From: Alphaproteobacteria bacterium
GTDB lineage: Bacteria; Pseudomonadota; Alphaproteobacteria; MPNO01
Direction: 5' to 3'
DNA: 64,000 nucleotides
NCBI GenBank assembly: GCA_965117055.1
Contig: OZ220750.1
Span: 3,501,440 to 3,565,439, forward strand
Shown here: one piece after another, positions 51,668 to 61,553 of the stretch
How the letters are laid out: each line of letters begins with the position of its first letter
Numbering within the stretch: position 1 is the first letter of the stretch
Translations under genes and position numbers: made by a program
The notes under the pieces: generated by a model
Seen by the model: the letters and a program-made list of their open reading frames with translations, nothing else
The model's database searches: none
What the model was told of the DNA's origin: nothing

Positions 51668-53413
51668 TCATGGCGCGGCCTCCGCGGCGGCGCCGAGCGT
51701 CACCGTCACCTTGGGCCGGCGAATGCGGATGTCGACGGCGCGGCCGTCGGGAACGAACCACATCAGCTCGCGCCGCACCGCCTCGGCGATGGACTGCCGG
51801 CAGGCTTCGTCATCACTGAGCAGCAGTCGTGTCGCCAGGTGCAACGCGTCCTCGTCGAAGCGGGCGCGCTGGGTCTCCCAGCTGTCCGCCTCGACGTCGT
51901 CCGACGGCGAGAAGAAACCGTTGCGGAGCAGCACCGCGAGCTGGTGCGGCTGGATCGCGCTATCCGCGGCCACCAGCGGCAGGGCGTCGTCGAGGTGGGA
52001 CCAGGCCTCGCCCGCGAAGACGACATCGGCCGGCAGAAAGAGGGTGTCCGCCGGGCTGTCCGCCGCCCGGACGACGAGTTCGAAGCGCAGCGCTTCCGGC
52101 CTTGGCGGCAGCTCCGCGGCGGTCGGACCCGTCCGTTCCGGCAACGGAGCATCGTCCAGCGCATACGGCTTTCCGTCCAGCGTGACCTCGACGTCGATGG
52201 CGGTCGTCCGGTGGAGCCCGTCGTACCAGCCGTAACCTTCCAGCCTGACGTCGGCCTCGAAGAGGCGCGGCGCGGCGCCGTTGCGTTCGGCGGCCCGCCA
52301 CAGCGCCTGGGCCTCGTGAGGCTCGGGATCACAGTCCATGACCAGGGTGTCCCAGCCCACGGCGGCGAGCTTCGGCGGATCGCGCCAGTCGTCGACATGG
52401 GCGAGGGATGGCTGCCAGGGGCGCAGCACGGGCGGCGGCGGCGCGATGTCGATGCCGGCCTCCCGCGCCCGCGTCCAGTCCTCGAAGACGGGACGCGGGT
52501 TCGGATCGGCGGCCATGGCGCGGTAGACCGCGAGCCGGGCGGCAGCGCGCATCTCCTTCAGAAAGGCGTTCTCGACCGCCTCCTTGCGGGCCGGCAGCAC
52601 GAGTTCCAGGTCCGGGCAGTCGTCCACGTCCGCCAGCACGGTCCAGGTGGCGCCGTGGACGGTCTCGACCGTGGGCAGGCGGAGCGCCAGCGTCAGGCCA
52701 TGGAAATTGAGGTCCGGATCGTTGTAGCCGGCACGGCGGTTCTTGAAGACGCCGAACACGAGGCCGCGCCAGCGCTCGGCGTGGACGGCGCCGTCGAGAA
52801 AGGCGCGGCGCGGCAGCTCTTCCGGACCGGCGGTTTCGTCTTCGGTTCGGTCCTCGAAGATCACCGGCAGCGGGTAGTGCCGGGCGGCGTTCTCCGCCGC
52901 GTTGCGGATGGTGGCGGCGGATTCGGTCGCCTCGAACGAAATCGACGTCCCATGGGGACAGGGCGCCTCGTCGACGGCCTGCACCTCGGCGTCGGCCTCC
53001 CCGAGAAAATGCGCCGGTTCCAGCCCGACGCGCCAGCCAGGCAGGAACTCCCCGTTCGGCGAACGCGGCCGCGAGGATACGGCGCAGTTGCGGCGCGCCA
53101 GGCTGGCGAAGCCGAAGCCGGCGGCGTCCTCCCGGCGCACCAGGGCGTCGTCCCAGCCGTTCTCGCCGAAGCTCAGCAGCACGGCGGGATCGGCGATGCC
53201 GGCGCCGTCGTCGGCCACGGTAACGGTGAAATACGGCTCGCCGGCGTCCGGCGCGCCGACGGACCCGGAAACCGCGATGCGGACGCGGGCGGCGCCGGCG
53301 CGGCGGCTGTTCTGGAAGGTCTCTGTGAAGATGTCGGCGAGGGTTGCGGCGTAGATGCGGGTGACGCGCTTGACGGCGCTCTCGTGGATGCGGGCGCGGA
53401 TCGTGCGGTTCAT
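51668..53413 (-). CDS. GHKL-type (histidine-kinase-like) ATPase domain protein
   Basis: An N-box-like (ADIFTETFQNSRRAGA) and a G1-box-like (VTVADDGAGIADP) motif lie near the N-terminus. It is 581 aa with a large C-terminal region of unknown function. Confidence 0.55.
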   Translation of the reverse strand: MNRTIRARIHESAVKRVTRIYAATLADIFTETFQNSRRAGAARVRIAVSGSVGAPDAGEPYFTVTVADDGAGIADPAVLLSFGENGWDDALVRREDAAGFGFASLARRNCAVSSRPRSPNGEFLPGWRVGLEPAHFLGEADAEVQAVDEAPCPHGTSISFEATESAATIRNAAENAARHYPLPVIFEDRTEDETAGPEELPRRAFLDGAVHAERWRGLVFGVFKNRRAGYNDPDLNFHGLTLALRLPTVETVHGATWTVLADVDDCPDLELVLPARKEAVENAFLKEMRAAARLAVYRAMAADPNPRPVFEDWTRAREAGIDIAPPPPVLRPWQPSLAHVDDWRDPPKLAAVGWDTLVMDCDPEPHEAQALWRAAERNGAAPRLFEADVRLEGYGWYDGLHRTTAIDVEVTLDGKPYALDDAPLPERTGPTAAELPPRPEALRFELVVRAADSPADTLFLPADVVFAGEAWSHLDDALPLVAADSAIQPHQLAVLLRNGFFSPSDDVEADSWETQRARFDEDALHLATRLLLSDDEACRQSIAEAVRRELMWFVPDGRAVDIRIRRPKVTVTLGAAAEAAP

Positions 53414-53500
53414 GGGCGAACCTCCATCGAATTGCGGAAACGGAAGCGCCCCGCCAGCGGTGGTGCGCCGGCGGGGCGTTCCGGTCAGGCGTGCGGCCTG

Positions 53501-55942
53501 CTAGTGGACGCGGCGGAGGAACTCGGGGATCTCCATCGGGTCCGGATGGGTGTCGTGCCCGTTGACCGGTCCGGTGACCCCGATGCCGTCCGGCCCGCCC
53601 GCGACGGCCGGGTCGGGATCCGTCTCCCCGGCCTCGGCGCGCTCGGCATCCGGACCGGGGTCGACCGTGTCGGCGGCGCCGTTGCCGTCATCCGCCGCCG
53701 CGCCGTCCGACGATGCGGGATCGGCCTCCGTCGCATGGCCGTTGCCGACCGGTGGCGCCTCCGCCGGATCGGTCCCGGCATCGGCGGCCGGTTCCGCGGG
53801 CTCCGGCTCGATGGCCGGCGCGGTCCCGGCGGTCTCGGTCACCGCATCGCCGGCACCGACGTCCGGCCGGCCGGTGTCGAACGCCGCGAACCCGGGCGGC
53901 ACCCAGGCGAGCGCCTTGGCGTGCATCGTGGCGCTCACGCCGACCGGCGGCTCGCCGGCGGCGAAGGCGGCCTCCATCGCCTCGGCCAGCGCCGGCTTCT
54001 TGTACTTGGACCGCGCGGACGCCCAGGCGAGGCCGAACACTGTGCGGGCGATGTCGAGGACGCGGCTCTTGTTGATCCGCGACCAGTACATGGCCGCCGT
54101 GGGCCGGATGTGCTTCGCGAAGTCGATGTCGAGCCGGGCGATGGTGGCTTCGAGCTCGGGACGCGCCTGGGGCTCGAAGGCGAGCTGGCCCTTCACCGTG
54201 CGGGCGACGCAGGCCGCGAACAGCGCTTCCTTGTCTGGCTGGGGCAAGGCCCGCAGCGCGGCGAAGGACTCGCCGTCGTCCTCGATCTCCAGCCAGTCGA
54301 ACGGCAGGTGCGAGCGATCCGCCAGCATGGCTTCGCCCGGCGACCAGTCCGCGAAGTCCTCGTCGTTCATCCGGGTGTTGGGCCGGTCCGGGGTCTCCTT
54401 CACCGCGATGTCGAGGGCGTGGTCGTGGTAGCCCGGCGCGAAGACTGCGCGTCCCATCTGGAACAGCATGAGGTCGAAGGCGGCCTCGAAGTCCCCGGCG
54501 AGATATGCCTTCACCAGCGCCGTGCGAATGGAGCGCTGATCGTCGGCGAGCCCGATGCCGACCCCGGCCTCCTTGCGCGCCTCGGCCTCGCGGTCCCTCG
54601 GCCCGGCCACGGGCTGGGCGACGGCCGGCATGGTGGTGTGAACGCCATGACCGGCGGTGTGGACCCCGGCGGCGGCGGGATCGTGACCGTTGCCGGCCTG
54701 CGCTGCCGCGTCGGCGGACTCATCCGGCTTCGGCATGTCCTCGGGCTTGACCAGACCGGCGATGACCTGGAGCGAGCCGTCATTGCCGATCGTGGCGATG
54801 CAGCCGGCCATCGCGAAGTCCTCGCGGCGCCACATGGCCCGCGCCTCGACGGCGCCCTCGATCTCGTCGAGCCGGGCCTCGATGCGCCCGGCTTCCTCCA
54901 TGAGAGCCTCGGTCCACGCGTCGTCGTCGAGGCCGCGGAGCTCGTCGTAGCGAGTCTCCAGCTTCTCGATCTCGGCCCGCTCCTCGTCGGTCGGCGTGCC
55001 GGGCTGGGGTTCGACGCGGCCGTAGGAGGCGGTGTCGCTCCACGCAACCTCGATCATTGGGACCGCCCACTTCCACCGGGTCGCCAGCTCGTCGGCGGCG
55101 GCCTGGAGCTTGTCGGTGGCCAGCTTCTCCAGCAGCACCGGGTCCTCGAACCAGACGCCGTGCTCGTGTTCGTCGGCGAACAGGTCGCGCATGACAGCAC
55201 CGCCGGCGGCCTCATAGGCCTCCACGCCTACGAACCTGGCGATCACGGTGCCGCCGGGCACGCGCTCCTCGGTCAGGAGCCGCTTCACCTGTGCGGCCGA
55301 GGGGCGGTAGCCCTGGGCCGAGACCTGTTCCCAGACCGCCATCTGGCGCTCACGGTCGGCGGTGACGGCGAAGGCCTTCAGCACTTCGAGGCCGATCTCG
55401 TCCGCCCGGTAGGCGTCCAGCAGCTCGGGTGCGGCGTTGCCGAGGCGAAGCCGCTGCTCGACGATGCGCTCGGACGCGCCGAAACGCGCGGCGATGGCGG
55501 AAACCGACTGGCCGGCCGCGACCAGCTCCGCGAACGCCGTCACCTGGTCCGCCGGGTGCATGGCGATGCGGACGACGTTCTCGGCGAGCGAGAGCTCGGA
55601 GGGCTCGGCGTCGCCGGTTCTGACCTGGCAGGGCACCGGATGGTTGGCGTCCAGCACCTCGTCCTGGACCAGTGCCTGCATGGCCCTGAGGCGGCGCCCG
55701 CCGGCGACCACGGCGTAATGCTCGGCGTCCGGGGCAGTCTCCGCCGATCCGGGATCGGCAGCCGGCTCGTCCGGCCGGACCACCAGGTTCTCCAGCAATC
55801 CGAGGGCGGCGATCGAGGCCTTGAGCGAGGCGTCGGCCTGCGAATCGGGCGGGGTCTTGCGGACGTTCTCGGGCGCGAGCGCGAGCCGGGAGAGCGGGAT
55901 CTCCCGGATGAGCGGTTCGGCCCTGGGGGCGATGAAGTTCAT
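53501..55942 (-). CDS. ParB/Srx-like nuclease-domain protein with a long acidic C-terminal extension
   Basis: The N-terminus reads IREIPLSRLALAPENVRK...YAVVAGGRRLRAMQ (ParB N-domain), with an HTH-like region (SVSAIAARFGASERIVEQRLRLG). It is 813 aa with an AGGAGG SD. Confidence 0.75.
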   Translation of the reverse strand: MNFIAPRAEPLIREIPLSRLALAPENVRKTPPDSQADASLKASIAALGLLENLVVRPDEPAADPGSAETAPDAEHYAVVAGGRRLRAMQALVQDEVLDANHPVPCQVRTGDAEPSELSLAENVVRIAMHPADQVTAFAELVAAGQSVSAIAARFGASERIVEQRLRLGNAAPELLDAYRADEIGLEVLKAFAVTADRERQMAVWEQVSAQGYRPSAAQVKRLLTEERVPGGTVIARFVGVEAYEAAGGAVMRDLFADEHEHGVWFEDPVLLEKLATDKLQAAADELATRWKWAVPMIEVAWSDTASYGRVEPQPGTPTDEERAEIEKLETRYDELRGLDDDAWTEALMEEAGRIEARLDEIEGAVEARAMWRREDFAMAGCIATIGNDGSLQVIAGLVKPEDMPKPDESADAAAQAGNGHDPAAAGVHTAGHGVHTTMPAVAQPVAGPRDREAEARKEAGVGIGLADDQRSIRTALVKAYLAGDFEAAFDLMLFQMGRAVFAPGYHDHALDIAVKETPDRPNTRMNDEDFADWSPGEAMLADRSHLPFDWLEIEDDGESFAALRALPQPDKEALFAACVARTVKGQLAFEPQARPELEATIARLDIDFAKHIRPTAAMYWSRINKSRVLDIARTVFGLAWASARSKYKKPALAEAMEAAFAAGEPPVGVSATMHAKALAWVPPGFAAFDTGRPDVGAGDAVTETAGTAPAIEPEPAEPAADAGTDPAEAPPVGNGHATEADPASSDGAAADDGNGAADTVDPGPDAERAEAGETDPDPAVAGGPDGIGVTGPVNGHDTHPDPMEIPEFLRRVH

Positions 55943-56135
55943 GCGAACCTCCTTCGATGGTGTGTGGAAATGCACGGAAGCGGGGCGCGGGGAACGGCTC
56001 CCGCCGGCCCCGTCCGCTTCGCTCGGACCGCCGCCCCGCTCCGCCTCCGGGCGGCGTCGCGGGCAAGGATGGGGCGCGGCGGTGGTGTGGGACGTGTCCT
56101 GGACGAACGGGATCAGGGCTGAAGCGACAGCAGGC

Positions 56136-56381
56136 TCAGGGGCTGGCGCCGCGCCCGACCTCGTCACGCTCGTCGGCCTCGGCCCGGTCGGCCGCCTGGT
56201 CCAGCAGGTCGGCGGCCTTGCGCAGCGCGATCGCGGCGTCCCGGATGCAACGCACGCTCACATGCCTTTCGGGCGCGAGGTCGGAGTCGGCCGTCCAGGC
56301 GATCCAGAACGAGAGCTCGGACAGCGCCTTGAGCGCCTGCCTGAGCGCCTCGGCGGGAGCGCCGTGGATCGCGCGCGTCAT
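56136..56381 (-). CDS. Small hypothetical protein translationally coupled to the VWA gene
   Basis: It is 81 aa, and its ATG overlaps the VWA stop (ATGA). Confidence 0.3.
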   Translation of the reverse strand: MTRAIHGAPAEALRQALKALSELSFWIAWTADSDLAPERHVSVRCIRDAAIALRKAADLLDQAADRAEADERDEVGRGASP

Positions 56382-57784
56382 GGCCGGGCTCCCCGACCGG
56401 GGGCGATGTCGATGCGCTCCCCCCAGGGCTCGCGGTTCCAGTCCTCCGGCGCCGGTCCCCAGTTGACCCAGGCAACCGGAAACCCCGGCTCGGCATCCGG
56501 GTAGTCCGAGCACTCCATATCGGTGAAGTAGAGGCAGACGGCGGGCCGGATGCCCTGCTCGTCGAGCCATTCGAACCCGGGCCGGAAGTCGGTGCCGCCC
56601 CGGCCCTTGACGACGATCTCCTCGGGCAGATCGTCGGGCGGGTACTCCGCCGCGTCCTGCACGATGGTGTCGACCTGGAGCACGAAGACGCTTTCCGGCT
56701 TGATCTCGGACGCGACCTCGCGCAGCTCGGCCCAGAACTCCGCCAGCGTCTCCGCCGGCAGGGAGCCCGAGGTGTCGACGATGACGGCGATGGTCTCGAT
56801 GCCCTCCGAACGGATCGAGGGCAGGTAGAGGCCGGAGTCGATGAAGCGCCGGTTGGGCAGGCTCCAGGAATAGTCGCTCTTCGCCGCGTCGGTCATGTAG
56901 CGGCGCAGCAGCGTGCGCCAGTCGAGCGTGCTGGCATGGGCGCCCTTCACCGTCTCCTCGACCCGGCCAGGCACCTTGCCTTCGGCCCTCGCGATGTTGA
57001 GGGCCTGGTGCATGGCCTCGTCCCACGCCTGTTCCTCGGCGGCGGCGTCCACCGGCGTCTCGGCGGAATCGCCGTCGTCGCCCGCGCGCGCATTCGCGTC
57101 CATGACCTCGCCGGTGCCGGAAGGATCGTGGCTCGGAGGGGCATCGGATCTGGCATCCTCGCCCTGGTCCTGGCTGGCCTCGCTCTGGCCGTCCCCGTTC
57201 CCTTCGTCCGGGTGGTCATCGCCCCCGTGCTCGTCCCGGGGGTCCTCGCCATTGCCGGAATCGGACGGGTCGCCGGCGTCATCGTCATCGTCGTCGGGCG
57301 AGGACGAGGCGTCGGCGGCAGCGCCGGCACCGTCCGCACCGGACGGGGCGTCGCCGTCGTCCTCGGAATCGCCGTCCTCGGGCGTCGGCAGGCGGTCGTA
57401 GGCCTGCTCGACGCTGAGATCGTCCCAGGCTTCCGCGTCGGGCGGCAGCGTGAACCCGGCGTCGCGGATGAGCGCATGGGTGACGAGCTGCGAGGCCATC
57501 TGCCAGCGCTCGGGATCGCGCTCGCCCCGCCGCGTGTGGTGCTTCAACGCGCACGCCATCACCACCCGCGCCATCGCGGTCTCGATCAGGTGCGCCTCGG
57601 TCTCCGCGATCCACTGGGGCGAGTAGCGGATCTCGTGCCCGTCGGTCGCCAGCGTCTCGCGGGTGGGATCGGGCCGGAGTGGGAGCCGCAGCACGAGGCT
57701 CCCGAAGAAGGGCTGCTTGCGCAGCAGCTCGGTCACGCAGTCGCTGACCCGGAGCGCGGACTCGCCGAGCACGCGGGGGGCCAT
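56378..57784 (-). CDS. VWA-domain protein (DUF2201/CoxE-like) with a highly acidic Asp/Gly-rich linker
   Basis: The C-terminal VWA MIDAS-like region reads VIVDTSGSL...ELREVA. The central ~120 aa is D/E/G/S-rich. The N-terminus has a putative metallopeptidase-like helix. Confidence 0.7.
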   Translation of the reverse strand: MAPRVLGESALRVSDCVTELLRKQPFFGSLVLRLPLRPDPTRETLATDGHEIRYSPQWIAETEAHLIETAMARVVMACALKHHTRRGERDPERWQMASQLVTHALIRDAGFTLPPDAEAWDDLSVEQAYDRLPTPEDGDSEDDGDAPSGADGAGAAADASSSPDDDDDDAGDPSDSGNGEDPRDEHGGDDHPDEGNGDGQSEASQDQGEDARSDAPPSHDPSGTGEVMDANARAGDDGDSAETPVDAAAEEQAWDEAMHQALNIARAEGKVPGRVEETVKGAHASTLDWRTLLRRYMTDAAKSDYSWSLPNRRFIDSGLYLPSIRSEGIETIAVIVDTSGSLPAETLAEFWAELREVASEIKPESVFVLQVDTIVQDAAEYPPDDLPEEIVVKGRGGTDFRPGFEWLDEQGIRPAVCLYFTDMECSDYPDAEPGFPVAWVNWGPAPEDWNREPWGERIDIAPGRGARP

Positions 57785-58683
57785 CAGGCCGCCTCCCGCA
57801 CCGGCTCGTCCCGCGTCCCGAAATACCCCGCGAACTTCTCCGCGAGCGCGTCGGCGTCGCGCTTGACCTGCGCGCGGGCCGCAGGGTCGAAGGTCTTGGA
57901 CGGCCTGAGCGCGTCCGGCTCGACGCTCGCGATCTTCTCCTTCACCTGCGCGCAGAGCTGGGCCAGGGTCTCGTCGCCGAAGATGTTGAGCCGGGGCACC
58001 ACGTCCACCAGGTCCCGGATGTTCGAGATCATCGTGTCGCGGAACACCAGCGGCTTGCCCTCGTCGTCCTCCCGCAACCGCTCCGAGACCCGCTCGACGG
58101 CTTCGCCAAAGCGCCGGTAGAGGTCGCCCACCGCGCCGTGGAGCTGTTCCTCGACATGGCGCTCGATGTCGCGCTTCACCCGCTCGGTGTCGTCCGAGGC
58201 GAGCTGGGCGATGAAGTGGTCGGCATCCGGCACCGGCGTGATGCGGTAGCGGATGGCGAACTTGCCCTGGAGAGCTTCCTTGGAGGGGTAGTCCTCGATG
58301 CGGAAGAGCTTGCCGAGGTCGAGGCGGGCCTGGTCGATGTAGTCGTCGTAGTCCTCGATAAAACGGGCGCGCTGGCGCACGACGCGCTCGCGCAGCCCGT
58401 CCATCAGCTCCGTGTAGTGCTCGTAGTTGGCGACGGTGAGGAGCCGGGCGCCCTTGTCGTCCCAGGGCAAGGAGTTCGAATAGTGCTTCGTCCTCGCCTC
58501 GCTCATGGTGGCGGTGAGCGCGGCGAAGGCGGCCTTGGGCAGAAGGCGCTTGTTGTAGCGCCCGGCGCCGGTCGAGGCTTCGTGGGCGACGGCGACGTGA
58601 TCGCTCGCCTGGCGGTCGTAGAGCCGGCCGGACCAGGCGGCGATGTGCAGGCCGACCAGCATGGCGTCGCGGTTGAGGTCCAT
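57784..58683 (-). CDS. Hypothetical protein between the MoxR and VWA genes
   Basis: It is 299 aa and helical. A GAGGAGGAA SD is present, and the stop overlaps the VWA start. Confidence 0.5.
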   Translation of the reverse strand: MDLNRDAMLVGLHIAAWSGRLYDRQASDHVAVAHEASTGAGRYNKRLLPKAAFAALTATMSEARTKHYSNSLPWDDKGARLLTVANYEHYTELMDGLRERVVRQRARFIEDYDDYIDQARLDLGKLFRIEDYPSKEALQGKFAIRYRITPVPDADHFIAQLASDDTERVKRDIERHVEEQLHGAVGDLYRRFGEAVERVSERLREDDEGKPLVFRDTMISNIRDLVDVVPRLNIFGDETLAQLCAQVKEKIASVEPDALRPSKTFDPAARAQVKRDADALAEKFAGYFGTRDEPVREAA

Positions 58684-58747
58684 CGGTTCCTCCTCTCGGG
58701 TTAGCGGAGCGTCCACAGGGGGACGCGAAGGGCGGCGGTGGCGTATT

Positions 58748-59779
58748 TCACTGGGTCTTCGCCGCCGCCCAGCGGATGAAGGCGGGCGAGCGCTGGAGCG
58801 CGGGCTCGCGGCGCACGCAGGCGCCGACCAGCGACTCGCCCACCTCGCGCCGGAGCCGGGAGGCGTAGGTGACGATCGCGTCCAGGTTGACGTCGGTGGC
58901 CATGCGGTAGAGCGATCCGCAGAGCGCCATCAGCGTGCTGGCGTTCTCCGGGATGTCGGCGTTGCCGGGGTCGTCGAGGACGGCCCTCGGGTGGGGCAGC
59001 TCGCGCCACACCTTCAGGAACGCGGTGAACTCGACGGCCGCGGCCTCGCCCACCGTGCCCCGGAACAGCGCCCGCTCGACCTCGGGATCGAGGCCGTTGC
59101 GGTGCTTGACGATGTTGCTGGCGAACTCCCAGCTCCGGGGGGTCGGGAAGGCGTGCTCCTTGGACTGGGCATCGAAGTCGTGAAGCAGGTCCGGTTCGAG
59201 CTCGATGAAGAACAGCACTTCCGGCGCGATCCCGTGCGCTGCACCCCAGGCAAGCCAGTCCCTCGCATCGACCCGGATCTCCAGGTGGACGAAGCGGTTG
59301 GCGAGGGGGGCGGGCATGCGGTGCACGATCGAGCGGTCCTGCTCGCGGTTGCCGCAGGCGATGATCGCGGCGCCCGGAGGCAGTTCGTACTCGCCGATCC
59401 GGCGTTCCAGGCAGAGCTGGAACAGGGCGACCTGCACCATGGGGACGGAAGAAGGAAGCTCCTCCAGGTTGATGAGGTATTGCTCGGCGCTGTCGGTCGG
59501 GGGAAGGAACGCCGGCGGCGCCCAGCGGGTGCGGCCGAACTCGTCGCGCCAGGGGATACCGCGCAGGTCCACCGGGTCGAGGAGCGGGCCGCGGATGTCG
59601 AGATAGGTGTATGCGAGGCTGTCGGCCGTCTGGTTGGAGACCTGGCTCTTGCCGGTTCCGGGCCCGCCCCAGACCATGGTCGGCTGGCGCGCCTCGACCA
59701 GGGTGGCGAGGACCGCGGCGAGCTCGCTCGGGCGCAGCGTGTAGTCGGCGGAGATGGTGTCGGGAAGCGTCATGGGCAT
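58748..59779 (-). CDS. MoxR-like AAA+ ATPase
   Basis: It has a Walker A motif (VWGGPGTGKSQV), a Walker B-like motif (LINLEELP) and sensor motifs. It is 343 aa. Confidence 0.8.
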   Translation of the reverse strand: MPMTLPDTISADYTLRPSELAAVLATLVEARQPTMVWGGPGTGKSQVSNQTADSLAYTYLDIRGPLLDPVDLRGIPWRDEFGRTRWAPPAFLPPTDSAEQYLINLEELPSSVPMVQVALFQLCLERRIGEYELPPGAAIIACGNREQDRSIVHRMPAPLANRFVHLEIRVDARDWLAWGAAHGIAPEVLFFIELEPDLLHDFDAQSKEHAFPTPRSWEFASNIVKHRNGLDPEVERALFRGTVGEAAAVEFTAFLKVWRELPHPRAVLDDPGNADIPENASTLMALCGSLYRMATDVNLDAIVTYASRLRREVGESLVGACVRREPALQRSPAFIRWAAAKTQ

Positions 59780-59832
59780 GCTCCGGAATGGCAGGGAGGC
59801 GGCGCGGACGGCTCCCTCCGGGCGCCCGGCCT

Positions 59833-60747
59833 TCACCCCGCCAGGGCCCCCTTTTCCTCCATTTGCAGGGCGGCGCGTCGGCGTCGCAGCCGGCTGGATT
59901 CGGTGAATTCGCACCCTGATGGCCTCGTGGGCTGCGCCCGGAAGATTGGCGGCGCGTTGAGAGGACCGTCGGACGGCACGGAAATGCCGGTCAGTTCGGG
60001 GAGTGGGCGGCCGGACGGCGAGAGCGTGTGGCCGATGCGCTCTTCGAGCTCGACGTAGCGCGCATAGAGCGCCGGTTGCAGCATTGCGGCGGTGCGGAGA
60101 TCGGCACGCGAGGCCATGATGCAGAACACGCAGGAGAGCCTCGACATGCCCATCCCGTAAGCCGGATGTGGCGACTGGCCGGCGTCGCGGATGATGCGGA
60201 ATACCTCGTCGGTCGAGAGCTCGAACACCGGCAGCCAGTCGAAGACCTCGCGGCCCGCGACGCTCATCCGGTCGTTGCGCTTCCACGGCGTTTTCCGGGC
60301 GCGCGCCGGGCTCTCCTCGGCGCGCATGCCCATGGCGTTGACCATCCGCCCGGCGAAGCGGGGGTTGGTCTTGAGAAAGCGGCGGAGCTCGCGCTCAATG
60401 GGTCCCCGCTTCGTCGAGCTGGTGCACCATCGAACCGACGGCGAAGGAAACCGGCCCCGTTCCTCGATGCTGTCGAGCAGCGTCTTGCCGGACGCTACGG
60501 GCGCGAGGATCATGGGCACGCCGGGCGGGAGGGTCGCCCGGATGAACTCGATCGTGCCCGGCCACTCGACGTCGACAAGCGGAGCGTGAATCGCCACGAT
60601 CTGGTCTCGGGGGACGATCCGCGACAGCAGGATCGTCATGGACTGGCTGTCCTTGCCGCCGCTGGTATTGACCGCCACGAGCGCGCCGGCGCGGATCATC
60701 TCCCGGCATTCTCGGGGAACGCGAACATCGGCGTGGTTGACGGCCAT
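59833..60747 (-). CDS. PAPS-reductase-like (PP-loop ATP pyrophosphatase; IbrA/DUF3440-like) protein
   Basis: It has the PP-loop SGGKDS (LVAVNTSGGKDSQSM) and is 304 aa. Confidence 0.75.
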   Translation of the reverse strand: MAVNHADVRVPRECREMIRAGALVAVNTSGGKDSQSMTILLSRIVPRDQIVAIHAPLVDVEWPGTIEFIRATLPPGVPMILAPVASGKTLLDSIEERGRFPSPSVRWCTSSTKRGPIERELRRFLKTNPRFAGRMVNAMGMRAEESPARARKTPWKRNDRMSVAGREVFDWLPVFELSTDEVFRIIRDAGQSPHPAYGMGMSRLSCVFCIMASRADLRTAAMLQPALYARYVELEERIGHTLSPSGRPLPELTGISVPSDGPLNAPPIFRAQPTRPSGCEFTESSRLRRRRAALQMEEKGALAG

Positions 60748-61121
60748 GGACGGATCTCCCGGTTGGCGGCGCAGGACCCGCTCTCCGGCCCCTGACTGCA
60801 CCCGGAAAGAGGCCGGCCACCGCCTCCTGGCGCCGCACCGCACGCCAGCGGCGGAAGAACGAACGGGCGTGCTAAAGCGGGCTGCGGCCGGCGGGAAAGC
60901 GAGGTCTCCGGCCAGGCCGTCCAGGGAACGGTCAAGGCGTCGGAGGCATCTGCCCGCTTGCCGGGCGATGGGGAAAGCGGCGGTCGCGTCGGCGTACGGC
61001 GCGGTCCGCGCTTGACCCTGCCGGAGGCATTGCGCGCGGCGACGCGGGCGGGCTAGACAGGTAGGGAGATGCGGGCGTTCGGATGGAGAACGGCCGGCGT
61101 CGCAAAATCCGGGAGATCGAG

Positions 61122-61553
61122 ATGGTCAGCGAAACAATGGTGCTCCGGGGGGCAGGCAGCGCGGCAAGAATGATCGGACTGTTGTGCGTCGCGGACTCGA
61201 AGCTGGGAGAGTTCGGGGAGGGAGAGTGCCCGGTCACCAGGACGGGCGACTATTCCGATGTCGTGGTCGTGGATGCTGACGGCCGCATCATCCCGTGGCA
61301 GCGCGTGGCCCGCCTGGACCGTACCGAGATGGAGCGCACGATGCGCGAAATCGTCGACAGGCTGTACACCTATCTTCGGAACATGGAAGCGGCGGAGCTG
61401 GCAGAGCTCCGGAAACACCGGGAGGACGAAACCTCGCAATGGAGCAGGCCCAGGGAGAATCCAGGCCTGAAGAAGCAGCTTGAGGTGATCGCGAGCGGCA
61501 TCGTCGAGAGTGGAGGGAGGCGGGGAGCGAAGGACGGGGCGACAAAGGGCTGA
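61122..61553 (+). CDS. Hypothetical protein upstream of dndB
   Basis: It is about 143 aa (MVSETMVLRGAGSAARMIGLLCVADSKLGEFGEGECPVTRTGDYSDVVVVDADGRIIPWQRVARLDRTEMERTMREIVDRLYTYL...). GC is lower than the ICE backbone. Confidence 0.3.
   Translation: MVSETMVLRGAGSAARMIGLLCVADSKLGEFGEGECPVTRTGDYSDVVVVDADGRIIPWQRVARLDRTEMERTMREIVDRLYTYLRNMEAAELAELRKHREDETSQWSRPRENPGLKKQLEVIASGIVESGGRRGAKDGATKG

Noticed and set aside
51839-56122. A 1427-aa + strand ORF spanning the GHKL and ParB-like region
   Set aside because: It is antisense to two motif-bearing genes, and its composition is dominated by G/R/A/V, typical of GC-frame readthrough.
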